From NCBI GenBank assembly GCA_031961605.1, contig JAVRLH010000002.1, positions 1 through 34,158 of the forward strand: DNA of 34,158 nt, written 5' to 3'. Position numbers and translations under genes: made by a program. Source of the stretch: Thermoplasmatota archaeon (GTDB lineage Archaea; Thermoplasmatota; Thermoplasmata; Thermoplasmatales; ARK-15). The notes under the pieces are model-generated. The model saw nothing but the letters and a program-made list of their open reading frames with translations. It was not told the origin of the DNA and searched no databases. Shown piece after piece: positions 34,071 to 34,158 of this stretch; position 1 is the first letter of the stretch; the number at the start of each line of letters is the position of its first letter.

Positions 34071-34143
34071 CGCCGCCGGTCGGATTCGAACCGACGACCA
34101 CTCGGTTAACAGCCGAGCGCTCCACCGGCTAAGCTACGGCGGC
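34071..34143 (-). tRNA. tRNA-Asn (anticodon GUU)
   Basis: The reverse complement GCCGCCG-TA-GCTT-AGCCGGTG-GAGC-G-CTCGG-CTGTTAA-CCGAG-TGGTC-GTCGG-TTCGAAT-CCGAC-CGGCGGC-G forms a 73-nt canonical cloverleaf. No encoded CCA. Confidence 0.9.
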
Positions 34144-34158
34144 ACATTTGGAAAAGAA

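Noticed and set aside
34069-34125. N-terminal extension of the tsaC ORF (MERSAVNRVVVGSNPTGGA...) given in the ORF track
   Set aside because: These codons are the antisense-free read-through of the tRNA-Asn gene itself (34071-34143). GSNPTGG is the translated T-arm and acceptor. The YrdC domain starts after it, so the real start must be at or downstream of GTG 34068.
1-34158. CRISPR arrays, rRNA genes, toxin-antitoxin pairs or defence islands
   Set aside because: No regularly spaced short direct repeats were seen, no rRNA-like conserved stretches, and no small paired ORFs with TA-like features. The only repeats are families A and B described above.

Overview
This is an AT-rich archaeal chromosome segment, most likely from a Thermoplasmata-lineage organism. 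Supporting signs are an HU/HTa-type chromatin protein, an archaeal initiator tRNA with A1:U72, a fused ADP-forming acetyl-CoA synthetase, a PDO-type disulfide oxidoreductase, TATA-like boxes about 25 nt upstream of several ATGs, and GC-rich tRNAs in an AT-rich background.

The window holds about 33 tightly packed protein genes, nearly all housekeeping:
- Nucleotide metabolism and redox: purH, class II aldolase, a cytoplasmic Mo-bisPGD oxidoreductase, class II RNR with an upstream PDO redoxin, heme O synthase, SfsA, an SDR, an aspartase/fumarase-family lyase and MoaC.
- Translation: HisRS, TrpRS, MetRS, type 2 MetAP and TsaC/Sua5.
- Other: a CPA2 antiporter, an M24-fold protein, two ferritin-like proteins, an MFS transporter, a PHP phosphoesterase, a DUF429-like protein, LutC/LutB-like proteins, an aminotransferase, an EndoIII-like glycosylase and a Roadblock/LC7 protein.
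- RNA genes: tRNA-iMet(CAU) and tRNA-Asn(GUU), both on the minus strand.
- One heavily decayed HTH+rve (DDE) transposase pseudogene.

I found no CRISPR array, rRNA or recognisable defence island. The gene list does not explain two families of non-coding repeats.
- Family A is a discrete ~201-nt hairpin-rich element with exact boundaries. There are two full copies and one 94-nt internally deleted copy. Each copy sits about 30 nt (or directly) upstream of a co-oriented gene, and its stem substitutions are G:U-compatible on one strand only.
- Family B is a ~230-250-nt mosaic-conserved element with two copies.

These repeats are my best candidates for something undescribed (a mobile structured RNA, a PATE-like element or a mobile leader), but I cannot name their function from sequence alone. 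Secondary oddities:
- An M24-fold protein that has lost 4 of 5 metal ligands and is translationally coupled to the antiporter.
- A cargo-signal-less EncFtn-like mini-ferritin coupled to an MFS transporter.
- A tRNA-Asn gene abutting tsaC.
- A Cys4 motif plus an insertion in TrpRS.
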